Source of the DNA: Rotaria socialis
Lineage: Eukaryota
Assembly (NCBI GenBank): GCA_905331295.1
Contig: CAJNYD010000061.1
Location: forward strand, 1,877 to 65,876
Direction of reading: 5' to 3'
DNA length: 64,000 nt
The notes beneath the pieces are model-generated. The model worked only from the letters and a program-made list of their open reading frames with translations, made no database searches and was not told the DNA's origin. A program made the translations under genes and the position numbers. This document shows, one piece after another, positions 40,401-52,825 of the stretch (positions are counted from its first letter, which is position 1; each line of letters starts with the position of its first letter).

Positions 40401-40543
40401 ACTTCACATTTAAATCGTATTCTTTGTTTTGTACCTTGTTGTGAGACTTCGTAGGAAGGAAGTTTATTTTGTTTACCTAACCAAGCATATAAAAAGCCTT
40501 TGATATCACCAAAATTTCCACTCGCAAGATTAGGTGTTGACAT
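31412..40543 (-). CDS. DHX9: ATP-dependent RNA helicase A / maleless (multi-exon)
   Basis: dsRBD1 ([12 protein letters not shown]), dsRBD2 ([15 protein letters not shown]), [41 protein letters not shown]2/OB region, Y/G/R/S-rich tail. Confidence 0.97.
33307..33558 (+). CDS. 83-aa ubiquitin-like ORF nested antisense in DHX9 intron 33122-33563
   Basis: Intact ATG-TAG ORF in AT-rich DNA. Pattern [12 protein letters not shown]...[14 protein letters not shown]...YLYVVSGKP...[12 protein letters not shown] parallels ubiquitin by eye. Confidence 0.65.
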   Translation: MAIFRVSFLYGKCHLVTIDENPATLEGFRKTIENVLPPCREIDDYLYVVSGKPPHQLNLNNEQEFNQHRTLITSGCYIWIKLK

Positions 40544-41269
40544 TGTTGATTAAATTAGAGTATAAAAATGAATTTGTTTTAAATAAGTCTAAATACTGTG
40601 ATTGATGTTTCTAGGAAAAAGAAAAAAGCTTCCGTGTAATTTTGAAAATTGAGCTCGTTGGTCAATTTGATACCTAATCTCTCATGTTCACATTTTTTTT
40701 TTATTCTGAAGCGGATACATATAGATCGATATACAACAGTGACATCTGTCGAATTTTGCCGCTTGCATTTTTTTGCATCGATCTGGTATATTTGTTTTAT
40801 TTGAACTCTAGTAGAAAATATTGAAATACTTAGGATAGTTAAAAATGAATCAATTTTCTGTGTCATGCATTCTAAATATACAACAACTTGACTCAAAGGA
40901 AAGGAGTTTTCTGTCAGTTTGTTTGACTTATAACTCTCTTACAGTATGGCAGTTTGAGATGAGATGTTGATCATTTTATCTACTCATTATCGTCAACTAC
41001 CATTCAAAATATCAGCATAGTAAAACTTATAATTTATGAGAAAGTAGTAAACCAGTGTCAATGTGTCACACAAGATTGTAAGATCTAAAATACTTCACAT
41101 CTGCTGTCAAAATAAAGATGCCCTTCATCCAAATACAGTGCTGTGCCTGTTCATGTCTGAACTGAGGAGTTCATTTCATGTAAATAAAGTCAACTGATGA
41201 ATATACAGCATAAAACACATGATTAAAGCCATACGTAGTCGAGTTTTTATCAAACTTTGACTCTCTACC

Positions 41270-42050
41270 ATATTTCGGCTTGTCCACGTCACGCGCTACT
41301 TCGATGCAGAAGTTTTGAAAAACAAATTTTTTAAGATAGAGAAATCTCTATACATTTTAAACTTTTAAACGAAAACACTTTTTGGAAAAATGCTAATCAT
41401 CATACCATTCGACTCGATACAGGCTTCAATTCTCTACAAAATGGCCAGTTTATTTTTAAATTCCACTCTTCAAAGCAACTTTTACATTGTTGTAAAGCTT
41501 TTAACTTTCCATATTGGCAAATAGCTTCCGCTTCGATACAGCAACTTGATTTTTTTGTACAATGTGTATAGCTATGTAGAGAATAAGCCAATGACTGAAA
41601 ATAAAATAGATTTGACTAACTTAAGGGGTTCAAAATCGATCGACAAAAAATAGTATCGCAGCGTTACATTTTCTTTTTTCATTTTTTATTTGAATAACGA
41701 GAGCTAGGAGAAAAAAACTTTTACCATTGGAATGCTCGTTTCATGTTCTACAAAGTTGGTTCCAGATCTATTTTAATTGGAGATCGTCGTTCGCAGGGAA
41801 TTAAATGATAAATGAGAGCGTTGCAAACTCAGGGGCCTTTTACGTCAAAGTGTTACGTGACTATAAACCATTTCTGTAAACTATAGAGTTCAACAAAAAA
41901 ACGTCAAATTTACAGATCAAATAGAACTCTTCGAACTGCGTCGAATGGCGTTTGAATGAACTTTCCAGCTATCATACTTTTCGAAATATTTCAAAAAAAG
42001 TTTGCCAAAACGTCACAGCGTTATGCTTGGACAAGCTGATTTCGAGGCAT
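41270..42050. mobile_element. Degenerate TIR element
   Basis: TCGGCTTGTCCA near 41274 versus TGGACAAGCTGA near 42028, plus weaker inverted similarity inward. Ends unclear. Confidence 0.45.
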
Positions 42051-42497
42051 AAGCCAAGAAGTCGTATTAAGGCATTTTTCATGTTTTTTTAGTGATCTTC
42101 GTATATCACAGCCATATTTATAGGGGTAGTCGGGAAAATTCATCCATTTTTCCTCTCGCGTAGAACAATAAATCGCACGATTCATCATTTTTCGAATCGA
42201 ATTTTTTTCACCCTGCTGTTACTAAAAGTGATATAATAAATTTGTAATTCACTCATATATATATATATATATATGAAAAACATCTTTCGGAAGTTGAGAC
42301 CAAGACTGTGACATTTTATGTATATGAAATAAAAATGTGTCGATATAGTAGAACTTTCACATTCCATTGATAGATCTATTGAAGACAAACTGATAGTGTT
42401 TTCAATAGAATTGATAGTATTGAGAATGATTTATTTTTAGAATATCTAATTGTTATAGGTTAATAGAAAAAAAGAAGAAAAAAAGAATTTTATATTT

Positions 42498-43121
42498 TTA
42501 AGGAAACGCTTTTGCAAGTTTTTGATTATCAATAGCATATTCTTGTTCCCATTGTGAAACATATGTTCTATAGATAATTTCATCATCGTCAATATTTTCT
42601 TTTGCAACCATTTCTAGAACTTTTCTTTGACATGACTTAAATTTTTCAATATTTTCGCGTTCACAATAATAAGCATTAAGTTCATCGTTTGAGCAAACCA
42701 TTTTCATTTGTTTTTTCCATATTTTAATTCGATTAAGACGATTTGCATTGTTACCAAGAACTTGAAAATATCGATTATAAACTGGTTCTTTTGTTAATTG
42801 TATTAATTGATGAAGTTTTGACATACACAATGATGAAAGAGATGATTTGGCCATTTTTGTTCTGTTAGTCAAACATTTTTCATTAAATTGACTTTCACTA
42901 AATAAACTAAAAATATTTTCTTTTTCATTTGGACAGCATTCATCAACAGCTCGACATCGAACATCATATGCTTGACGAGAAGGTACAGATGGTGATCGAT
43001 CGAGAAATTGTTTATGTAATTTTGTCAATTCATTTACATCCGTTTCAATTGTTGATGATGGAATTAATCCATTAACTGTGTAAATTAGAATTGATAGAAA
43101 AAGACCAACAGAAACAAACAT
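42498..43121 (-). CDS. Uncharacterised Cys-containing secreted protein, 207 aa
   Basis: Long ORF in AT-rich DNA. Hydrophobic signal-like N-terminus MFVSVGLFLSILIYTVNG. 8 Cys. Splice acceptor just upstream. Confidence 0.8.
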   Translation of the reverse strand: MFVSVGLFLSILIYTVNGLIPSSTIETDVNELTKLHKQFLDRSPSVPSRQAYDVRCRAVDECCPNEKENIFSLFSESQFNEKCLTNRTKMAKSSLSSLCMSKLHQLIQLTKEPVYNRYFQVLGNNANRLNRIKIWKKQMKMVCSNDELNAYYCERENIEKFKSCQRKVLEMVAKENIDDDEIIYRTYVSQWEQEYAIDNQKLAKAFP

Positions 43122-44170
43122 TATCTAAATTAAAAATCAAAAAAATTGAGCATTTATCAAACTTGATATGATTAGAAATTGTCCTACTTTATATATCTTG
43201 CAGTAAATATCTAAAAATAAAGACAATGAAGAAAAATAACAGATCTCTTCCTGTAAAAATAGTTTAACTAAAAATAGAAATAAAAAAGATTATAATTAAT
43301 TCTACATTTCTTGTTCTTATTAATTAAAAACTCAATAGAACAGAAACAAACTAGATATTATTCACTTTTGAATAATTAATATATTTTGAACAAATTTTGT
43401 CAAGACCGGAATTACAAACGATTCTACACAGTTCAATGTTCGATCTTCGATCTATGACGCTTTGTGTTTGTTCTATATGTTTCCGCATTCAGATAAAATA
43501 GATTTACTTCAGCTAAACAGTCGAAAAGAAAATATCTTCTTAAGAAAGAATCTCAATAAAAATATTTCTCTAGACTGTCATTGTACGAATATTCTATGTT
43601 ACAATTTATAGAAGCTTCACAATTTCAATGATAGAAACAATTTGACCTCGTTTACCGTTAATCATGTGAATTTAATGAAATACAATGCGAATGTTATCTC
43701 ATTAAAATAAGATTTAAGTATGAGATTAACATAATATAATTGATGAGACTATGGAATGCATCGTTTTTACGCATTTTAACAATAGTACAAGGTAACATTT
43801 GTTTTCATTGAAACCTTTAAACATATTTTAATTTAAGCGTGGGATACAATGCATTGATTATTGAAGTCTCTCAGCTTCTCATAGTCTACAATGAGTTTTT
43901 ATAATGATTGAATCTATACATTTTAATTCTTTGTTCCTTTCGAAGTATCTTTAACATTGAAATTAGATGCCATTTCACATTCGCTCGACTTCAAAAGTCG
44001 ACCTTGAGCTTCTAATGTCGATTATGGAGAAATTGATATTTTCTTAAGAAAACCAATAATTGTTTCTGCTATATTGAATAAGAAACGCTTGTCTCCAGCA
44101 GATATTTTAAATTTACTTCAACGAACTTTCTTTTCTGTCTGTATAATCGAAAAAATGACTCTTTGAGTAA

Positions 44171-44222
<52 letters not shown>

Positions 44223-44223
44223 N
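44171..44223. other. Poly-G run ending in N, probable sequencing/assembly artefact
   Basis: About 52 G directly abutting an N. Confidence 0.75.
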
Positions 44224-46309
44224 TTTAGCTTTCCCTGATATTTTATTTTTATTTTAAAGGTTTCAATTATAGCTAACTTTTTATCAGACGGATTTTCGAC
44301 ATTCGATTCCTAGACTGAGAAAAGTCCGATTTAGTGCGTTTTTTATACCTACTTTGGCAGTCACACCGAGTAAAATACTTATAAAAAAATGAACAGAAGG
44401 GAATTGCAAAATTCTGTGCGATGAAAACTTGCGTATGAAGGCTAGCTTGAATTTAAAACCGACCCAACCTCGATAGCTCTCATAGTCATGAAGTTATAGC
44501 AATTCTCGTGGAAGCCATAAAAACAAATCATAAGTCTAGTTTAGTAAGGTATACAAGGCTGAAACGTTTACCACGAGCGTTTCTCACTAGGTCCATTCAT
44601 TTGTGAAAGTTTCAGCCCAAATCTATACTCCAAAGTGGCAAGTCGATTCTGAGGGGAGGCCTTAAACTGCTCATCGAAGTTAGAAAGCCTATTAAAAGTC
44701 ATCAGTATAAGTTTCATTATTGAGTGAATTCTATCAATGTGTATTATCACGTTCCTAATGAATACTCAGGTTTTTTCAAGGTATCATACAATAAAATTAC
44801 TTGCCCAAAGAGAGTACCAATTAAGTTTTGTGGAAGTCTTCGTTTTAATTGCCTGGAAGTTTGATAATAATCATGTTAAAAAAACTGAATCTTCTTATGC
44901 AGCTTGTTTCTTTTTTGAAGAAAATAGAACGTCCTATTGAAGATCGAAAAAACATAATTAGAACGATTAGCTCTCAATATTTTCATGAAGCTTTAGAACG
45001 AAAATTTTCGAATTTTCTACTCTCAAAATAATCACGAGACACAATGACGACGTCTGATACACACGTTGACAAACAAAGGTAGGAAACGTGAGAAAATCTT
45101 CATAAATCCTATGCTGTGCATCTTAAACTAAGTGCAATCCATGGATTCTATAGGTAACTTACAATCCTGTAAATGGCACGAAATAGGTTTGTCATGTCAA
45201 AATCACGAGCTACACTGTGCTTATACTTGTAAAAAAAGTCAAAATAAATATCGTTGGAATTGAAGTTGGTCAAAAGACTTCTAGTCTAACATTGATTTTA
45301 TAAATGGATATTAAATATTCTAATCATTGATCGCATTTATGTCAATCTATTGATTATTAGCATTATTCGGTTGATCACAGATTTTGATTCTGACCCTCTT
45401 TTATTATACACACAGGGAATTATCGAAAAATTGTTAAAGAAAAAAGTGTTATCACTTTAATAATGTTCGTTTGAAGCAATTTTGATTATGTTTTTGTTTC
45501 ATAAATATTTGTGATGACCGTTAGTTATTTCAATCATTTGAATAATTTGACTATTAAGGACTGTACTATAGCAATATGAAAAACACAAACAATCGAAGTT
45601 GGGAACACGTGAACAACATGATACATAGATATGACTCAAATCGCTTCGACATTGAATTGTTGTAATGCAATGAACTCGAAATCATTTTTAATTTTGACAT
45701 ACTGATCTTCCAAAAAATATCTGTGCACGATGTTAATAAGTACATATCGCACTACACTGTAAAAACAATTCGTAGAATACTAAACCCTCGTACTTTCGGA
45801 AAATCTTCCTAAACCCTTAAACGGTTTATGATACTGTCTTAAACCCTTAAAGGGTATTTGTGAAAAAGGGCTTATGAGCCGCGAAAGAAAGGTTTATTGT
45901 TCTACCCTTTCATCAAAGGGTTTATTGTTCCACCTTTTCATGAAAAGCAATTATCATTCTCCCGTTAAGGGTTCATTGTTCCCCTTTTCATAAAAAGGGT
46001 TCAACATTTTATGCTTGAGGATTTATTGTTCTGCTCTTGCCCAACTTGATCAACTCGAAGACTTTTTAGTCAAACAAAAACAATTTCAAACCAATCCATA
46101 TGCAAAACGTTTTCAAACAAATCATGCGAAGTCAAACAAGACAGCAACTAACTTGCCTAGCACAGGCCCTCCCACAAAAAGGCTTTTAGCTCTGTTTACC
46201 AATACCTGCATACAACACTAAATTCAACTCATTCATGTCACTTATCTTTCATCTAACGACTTCTTAAATGAAACTGCGATTACAATTTTAAATACAACTA
46301 TATTTTATT

Positions 46310-46737
46310 TTCTGTTACTTAGAAATGGTCGAACCACTTTTCCAACAGAAGCTAAATTATAATTTTAAATTCAATTTCAATTCAATTTTATTTTATTTAG
46401 AATTGGTCGATCAACTTCTCCAACGAAAGGTAAATTATAATTTCAATTTCAATTTCAATTATATTGTAATTCATTTAGAATTCGTCGACCAACTTCTCCA
46501 ACAACCGGTAAATTAAAATTTTAAATTAAATTATTTTTTTATTTTATTTAAAATTGGTCCAACAACTTCTCCAACAACAAGTAAATTATAATTTCAAATA
46601 AAATTATGTTTTATTTTGTTTAGATTTAGTCGTTCGATTTCTCCAACAATAAGGTAAATTATAATTTCAATTTCAATTATATTTTATTTAGAATTGGTCG
46701 AACAACTTCTCCAACATCAGGGAAATTAAAATTTTAA
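46310..46737 (+). repeat. Tandem array of about 70-78 bp units (6 here, about 2 more at 48850-49030)
   Basis: Unit consensus TTAG-AATTGGTCGAACAACTTCTCCAACAACAG-GTAAATTATAATTTCAATT... Confidence 0.9.
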
Positions 46738-48839
46738 CCGCCTGCCGGGGAAGTTTTAAACTTCCACAGGGGCCAACGACTATCTTTGTAATAGTTGTTG
46801 GAGGCGACCCTGGGCTGCTGGTAGCCACTAGTCTGGTCATGAGGCTAGCGACCTCTAGTTGGACATTAAACAATTATTGCTAACGAAAAGAAACATTATC
46901 GGTGCGTAAATGCACAAAATCATGTCTTTTTCGGTGGGTGGAACGTTAGATCCTGTGTGAAACAATCAAAGAAAGAAATTATAACTAATCAATTGAAACA
47001 ATATAGAATACAAGTGGCCGTATTAAGTGAAACATGTATGTGTAATGCTGGTGTGAAAGTAGTTAACGACTATACGATGATCTATTCAGGCGCACCACAT
47101 GAAATGAAAACACGAAAGGCTCCTGGTGTCGCAATATGTCTTGATCAAATTGCTGCAAAGGTTTGGAAAGATTCTGGAAGTGAATGGGAGCCAATCAGTG
47201 AACGCATTGTAAAAATTAGATTACAATGCACTCCTATTCATATTACAGTAATCGCTGCCTACTCTCCAATCAATCCAACAACAAAGGAGATGGCTAATGA
47301 AAGCGATAAATTTTACTCGGATCTGCAAGATACAATAAATAATGTGTCAACAAAGGATATGATTATTATCATGGGCGATCTAAATGCTAGAGTTGGGCAA
47401 AAACAACAACAACATATAGCAAAAAGNNNNNNNNNNNNNNNNNNNNNNNNNNNNNNNNNNNNNNNNNNNNNNNNNNNNNNNNNNNNNNNNNNNNNNNNNN
47501 NNNNNNNNNNNNNNNNNNNNNNNNNNNNNNNNNNNNNNNNNNNNNNNNNNNNNNNNNNNNNNNNNNNNNNNNNNNNNNNNNNNNNNNNNNNNNNNNNNNN
47601 NNNNNNNNNNNNNNNNNNNNNNNNNNNNNNNNNNNNNNNNNNNNNNNNNNNNNNNNNNNNNNNNNNNNNNNNNNNNNNNNNNNNNNNNNNNNNNNNNNNN
47701 NNNNNNNNNNNNNNNNNNNNNNNNNNNNNNNNNNNNNNNNNNNNNNNNNNNNNNNNNNNNNNNNNNNNNNNNNNNNNNNNNNNNNNNNNNNNNNNNNNNN
47801 NNNNNNNNNNNNNNNNNNNNNNNNNNNNNNNNNNNNNNNNNNNNNNNNNNNNNNNNNNNNNNNNNNNNNNNNNNNNNNNNNNNNNNNNNNNNNNNNNNNN
47901 NNNNNNNNNNNNNNNNNNNNNNNNNNNNNNNNNNNNNNNNNNNNNNNNNNNNNNNNNNNNNNNNNNNNNNNNNNNNNNNNNNNNNNNNNNNNNNNNNNNN
48001 NNNNNNNNNNNNNNNNNNNNNNNNNNNNNNNNNNNNNNNNNNNNNNNNNNNNNNNNNNNNNNNNNNNNNNNNNNNNNNNNNNNNNNNNNNNNNNNNNNNN
48101 NNNNNNNNNNNNNNNNNNNNNNNNNNNNNNNNNNNNNNNNNNNNNNNNNNNNNNNNNNNNNNNNNNNNNNNNNNNNNNNNNNNNNNNNNNNNNNNNNNNN
48201 NNNCTATACTGATATAGATATAAACATAAGAAACCAAAAAATTGAAACAGCTGTCTCATTCACATACTTAGGTTGTATCATCACGAATGATCAACGTCAA
48301 GATACAGAGCTCTTAGCACGGCTCACAAAAGCTTCTAAAGCTTTCAACATGTTACGCCATGCAATATGGCATAGAAAGTCAGTTTCAATCACTGCAAGAC
48401 TTCGAATCTTCAGAGCATGTATACTACCAGTGTTACTGTACGGTAGCGAAACTTGGGCTCTCACGATGAAACGAGAACAGAGGATTGCCAGTTTCTATAA
48501 CAGATGCTTACGCACGATTATCGGCGTAAATCTTGGTGATCGAATGTCAAGTTGGTTGTATAGCACCCATTCGTGTCGAACTTTGAATGGTATGATGGAT
48601 ATTATCTAAGCTGATGACATCAGAGGGTAATAGACTGATGGATGTCTCAGTTCAATGCTAATGGCGATCTACGTGGCTCTCATCGTACAAAGACAAAAGA
48701 CTATTTTTTTCCCTTTCCTTGTCTCCCTTTTTTTTAACCTGTTTGTTAATATAATTATGTGTTTGTTCATTGTATTATGTTTCTCACCCTACACCGGAGA
48801 CGGTAAGGGTCTATAAATAAATAAATAAAATATAAATAA
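46738..48839 (+). mobile_element. RTE-like LINE (APE endonuclease plus RT C-terminus), spanning an N gap at 47427-48203
   Basis: GWNVRS...VAVLSET...IIMGDLNARVG; FTYLGC...LLYGSETWAL. (TAAA)n tail. TSD TAAAATTTTAA at 46727-46737 and 48840-48850. Confidence 0.93.
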
Positions 48840-50319
48840 TAAAATTTTAAATTGAAGTATATGTTATTTTCTCTCATTTGATTCGGTTGAACAACATCTC
48901 CAATAACAGGTAAATTATAATTTGGAATTAAATTTTATTTTACTTAGATTTAGTCGAGCAACTGTCCAAGAGAAATACGATAAAAATTTTAAATAAATTG
49001 TATTTGATTTTCTTATATTTAGAGTCTCCCGAGCAAGTCATCGACGAATATATCGTTTCGTATCTCCTTGGTGGGACTTAGAGTGGCGTTTATAAAAGTA
49101 GTAAACCATTTGAGGGTTTAGTATATGTTGCACTTTAATAAGTTCTTTAAAGTGTTTAGAAAAGTTAAAGAACCTACCGTGAACGCTTTGGAACCGTTTT
49201 TGAAGGTGTTTATGCATCTCGGAAGCCCCTTCTGGTACAATCCGCGAGGGTTGATGGTAGGTTTTTATTACTTTTCTGAAGTCTGAGTTGAATTTATTAA
49301 AGTGCAAGATATAATAAATCTTTGTATGGTTCATTTCTCTCTTAAACGCTTTCTTGAGTCATTGGAAGGGTATCTCGAAAGGTATATTGATTTCCTAAAC
49401 CCTTTGTAACGTTTTTTCAAAGGGTTTATGATTTTCCTAAACCCTTTTTGGGTTTATTATTCTACGAATTTGTTTTACAGTGTATATTATCTCTTACTTA
49501 ACTCGACACATAACTAGCAAAAGTATAAATGCTTTGTTTTAGTTTCTTCTGAATGATAACGATGTTAACTTTATCAGAAGTTTTCAATAAACAACATTTA
49601 TTTGTGGGAACAAATACTTTGTATTAGGCAGATGATCTTTAATCATTCTACTGTTTTATAGATTTTATCATTGTTTCTGTTTATCAAATTATTTCAACTT
49701 TAGTACTACAGATCCATATAGATTATTTTATCATATTACTTAGCCTGTAATATAAAGAGATCTAATTCTTATAATGCTCTGTTTAACTATTCATCATGAT
49801 TACTGTTAGGTCCATTTCTGTAGACTACAATCAATACTAATCATGCAAGTTTTAGAACATTAAACAAAATAGTAGTGTTGAAGAAGCGAAATCAGTCAAT
49901 GTTGATGGGAGCAATGACGTGAAATTAATAACTTGACATCATTACACCTATCAACATGTATAAGACATTTTTAGAAAAGCAAGCGCATTTGATCTCATGC
50001 TTAAAAAAATCTCAACTCATCATTATTGAGTATAGATTGCCGTTAAATAACTTGTTTCTCTATAATAAATATGCTCTACTCAGAATGTAAGAAATTTTTC
50101 TTGTTTTTCAAATTAATGTATCATTCTCTTTCTTAGATACGACAGATTCTCTATACTATTTTCCATTTTTCAATACTTCTTTTTAGTATTATAGCAGTTT
50201 ACGACTAGTTTTATTTTTTTATTCTTCTCTTTTATTAGTGTATCAATAAAGCATTGAATAGTAGTTTAGTAGACGAATGAGAGGGATTTCCTGAAATAGA
50301 AAAGATGATGTAGTAGTTA

Positions 50320-51209
50320 CAGTCGAATCCGCTTATAAGAGCGCAGTCGGGGAATCAAAAAGTAGCTCTTATATCCAGGTCGCTCTTTTATGCGAACTAT
50401 ATGCAAAACAGTGCAAAAAATGATTCTTGTCAACATTTATTAAATAGTACACACACGTACATAAATTCACTTAAAGAAATCCGTGATTTTACGTTGAGTA
50501 CGATTAATTAAAGCGTTCTTTTCGATCACGTCTTCGACATCATAATATGAATTGTAATCTGTAAAATTCTCGGCGATTTCTTCATTAGGGCTTTCGTGTT
50601 TTCGTTTTCGACTTAAGTTGCCATTGTTCATCACTATTTTTCTGATTTATTCTTCGTTTTGCCTTATCTTCTTCGTCATAGAATAGCCGATGTTGAAATC
50701 TTTAGCCACATCGTCTGCCTATTTGGATTTCAGTGCTTCCAAGATTTCCAATTTTTGTTCAATCGATAATGTGCAACGTTTACCGCTGGTAGATGCCATT
50801 TTTTGAAAAATAAAGATACAACGAAAAATGAGGAACAATATATAGAACAAAGGACGAAAGAAAAATCCATAGAATGGAAAATCCAACATAGAACAACATG
50901 AAGGAAAGAAGAACGAAGGAAAGGAAAAATTCATCACATATATATGACAGGAAAGAAAAAGAAAAAGAAGAAGAACATAAGTGCATATTTATAATGATAT
51001 AGATAAATAAAAGCTCTTTTATGCGGACTAAAATCACAAAAGAGCGGCAAAAAAGCGCTCTTATAAGCGAATCGCTCCTGTATCCGACGCTCCTACAAGC
51101 GGACTTTGTCACAATGTAAAATACATTTCGAAGAAAACGGGGAATCGAAAAACGGCTCTTAAAAGCGTACCGCTCCTTTATACGGAGCTCTTATAAGCGG
51201 CTTCGACTG
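50320..51209 (-). mobile_element. Tigger/pogo deletion derivative
   Basis: TIR CAGTCGAATCCGCTTATAAGAGC with TA TSD. Remnant MASTSGKRCTLSIEQKLEILEAL (CENP-B-type HTH) joined to C-terminal QRKITDFFK. Internal stops. Confidence 0.92.
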
Positions 51210-51309
51210 TATCATTTATTTTAACCAAAGAAAAATTCTAAAATATTAGCGCTAGTTACAAAATATATAAAAAAATATCTTTCCTTTTCTTTTTTTTTGT
51301 ATCGATATC

Positions 51310-51910
51310 ATGCCATTCTTAGCTAAAATCGATTCTCAAATAAATGATACCTTATTAGTTATTAAACAAATGCGAAAAACTTCTCAGAAAAAAATGAATA
51401 GATCATCTATCAACAGATCACTTTTGATTATTACAGCAAATACCAACAAGAATATAAATGCAATTCTACCTTTATCAATATCGAAAAATAATAATCAGGA
51501 AAATACTCTATCGAAGAATTTTCTAGTGTTAGATAAACAAAATGATTCAATGATATCTGAAGATTTTCCTCATAGTCATATATACAATCGTGATGTAAAT
51601 CAATGATATTTTATTTTCTTTGAATTAAATAAAATATTTTCTCATTTAGATACGTGATATACCATTATCCAAACGAAATGATACTGATTTAGATCGTCTT
51701 CGATCATGTAATATATTAACAATGACTGATTTAATAGGTCGTTATTTGATTCATAAAACATCTGATGAATTTCGACAATTTCTAATTGAAAAATTACAAT
51801 GTAGTCAATCGTTTACTGACGATATTATTCAATTGCTACAAACTTGGACACTATATAACTTACATATCAGAAGAGGCACACGGGTAACAACACTCAAACA
51901 ATATTTGTGA
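51310..51910 (+). CDS. Divergent BAF (barrier-to-autointegration factor)-like protein, 2 exons (51310-51594, 51650-51910)
   Basis: In-frame GT-AG splice. C-terminal LIGRYLIHKTSDEFRQFL...LQTWTLYNL parallels BAF VLGQFLVLKKDEDLFREWL...LREWCDAFL. Confidence 0.7.
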
Positions 51911-52825
51911 ATATTTCATTTGAAATTTTACATATTTTAAAGCTTCGATTTAGTTTTCATTTCTAATAAATATGATTGCCATCATTGCACGATTTCTAAC
52001 AAATAAATTTATTTGAGAAATTAAGATTCTCTAGTAACAAAGATTATTTATCGTAACGCATCGAAATATAGCTTTTGATCAAGTACTAAATTTAAAACAG
52101 AAATTATCTCTATAAAATACGACAATAAGATGCCCTGGGTTTAAAATAAACCGATTGTGATAAACACAAAATCGAAAATGACTTTTACTTTGAAAACCGG
52201 TATGGAAAACCTATAGATGTATCACTTTTGCTAGTCATTGAATTGAGCATGGTAATACTTTCATAAGAAAACTAGAGGGAGTAATATCAATGTAACAAAT
52301 ATTTGTATTTCAACCTCTTAGCAAAATTGATTGATGCAATTATTCTCTACAGTCTCATATTCATCAAATAAAAACACAGCAGAATCTATTCCTGAAAAAT
52401 GAATACAAATTTGGTAAAATTTCTAAAAACAGACTAAAATAAATAAGCAGGTCTTCTTTTCTTTCCAACGAAGCATTACATTGATTTTTAGACTGCGAAG
52501 AAATTCTAATCTCTATATATTCTATTGATAGTCAAATTTCTTTCAATATATATATATATATTATATATGACAGCTAGGTGTCGCAAATAAACAAGAGCTA
52601 AATTGATTTTCTCTTGCGCAACACGTTTGATATATTACTTTTGATAAAATTCTTAAAATTCTTTTAAAATCATCCTAATAAAATGTGATGAATTCTACAC
52701 ATAAGTATAGGATTGGTTTAATACTCGTTCAATTACCATTTATCTTCAAGTTCTCTGTTCATAGAATTACACCATCTAATGTAATACGAATTCATAATCA
52801 AATTTGTGATAAAATCAAAGAATAA

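Larger units (their letters stand above)
45755..49482. mobile_element. CACTG-ended CMC/EnSpm-like non-autonomous element carrying a tandem array and a LINE
   Basis: 33-bp TIR CACTGTAAAAACAATTCGTAGAATACTAAACCC and near-perfect partner ending at 49482. TA on both sides. Subterminal AAACCCTT/AAGGGTTT repeats. Confidence 0.88.

Noticed and set aside
11680..40543. Functional LOTUS-DHX9 linkage from proximity
   Set aside because: LOTUS partners are DEAD-box Vasa-type helicases, DHX9 is DEAH-type, and a Kv gene intervenes. Proximity alone is weak evidence in eukaryotes.
44171..44223. Poly-G tract as a G-quadruplex element
   Set aside because: It abuts an N at a contig join, typical of a sequencing artefact.
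46310..46737. CRISPR-like repeat/spacer appearance
   Set aside because: Eukaryotic context, the spacers are mutually similar AT-rich sequence, and there are no cas genes.
46957..48609. 550-aa ORF and the two antisense X-filled ORFs
   Set aside because: They are open only because of the N gap. The gap is also too short for a full RT core, so intactness cannot be judged.
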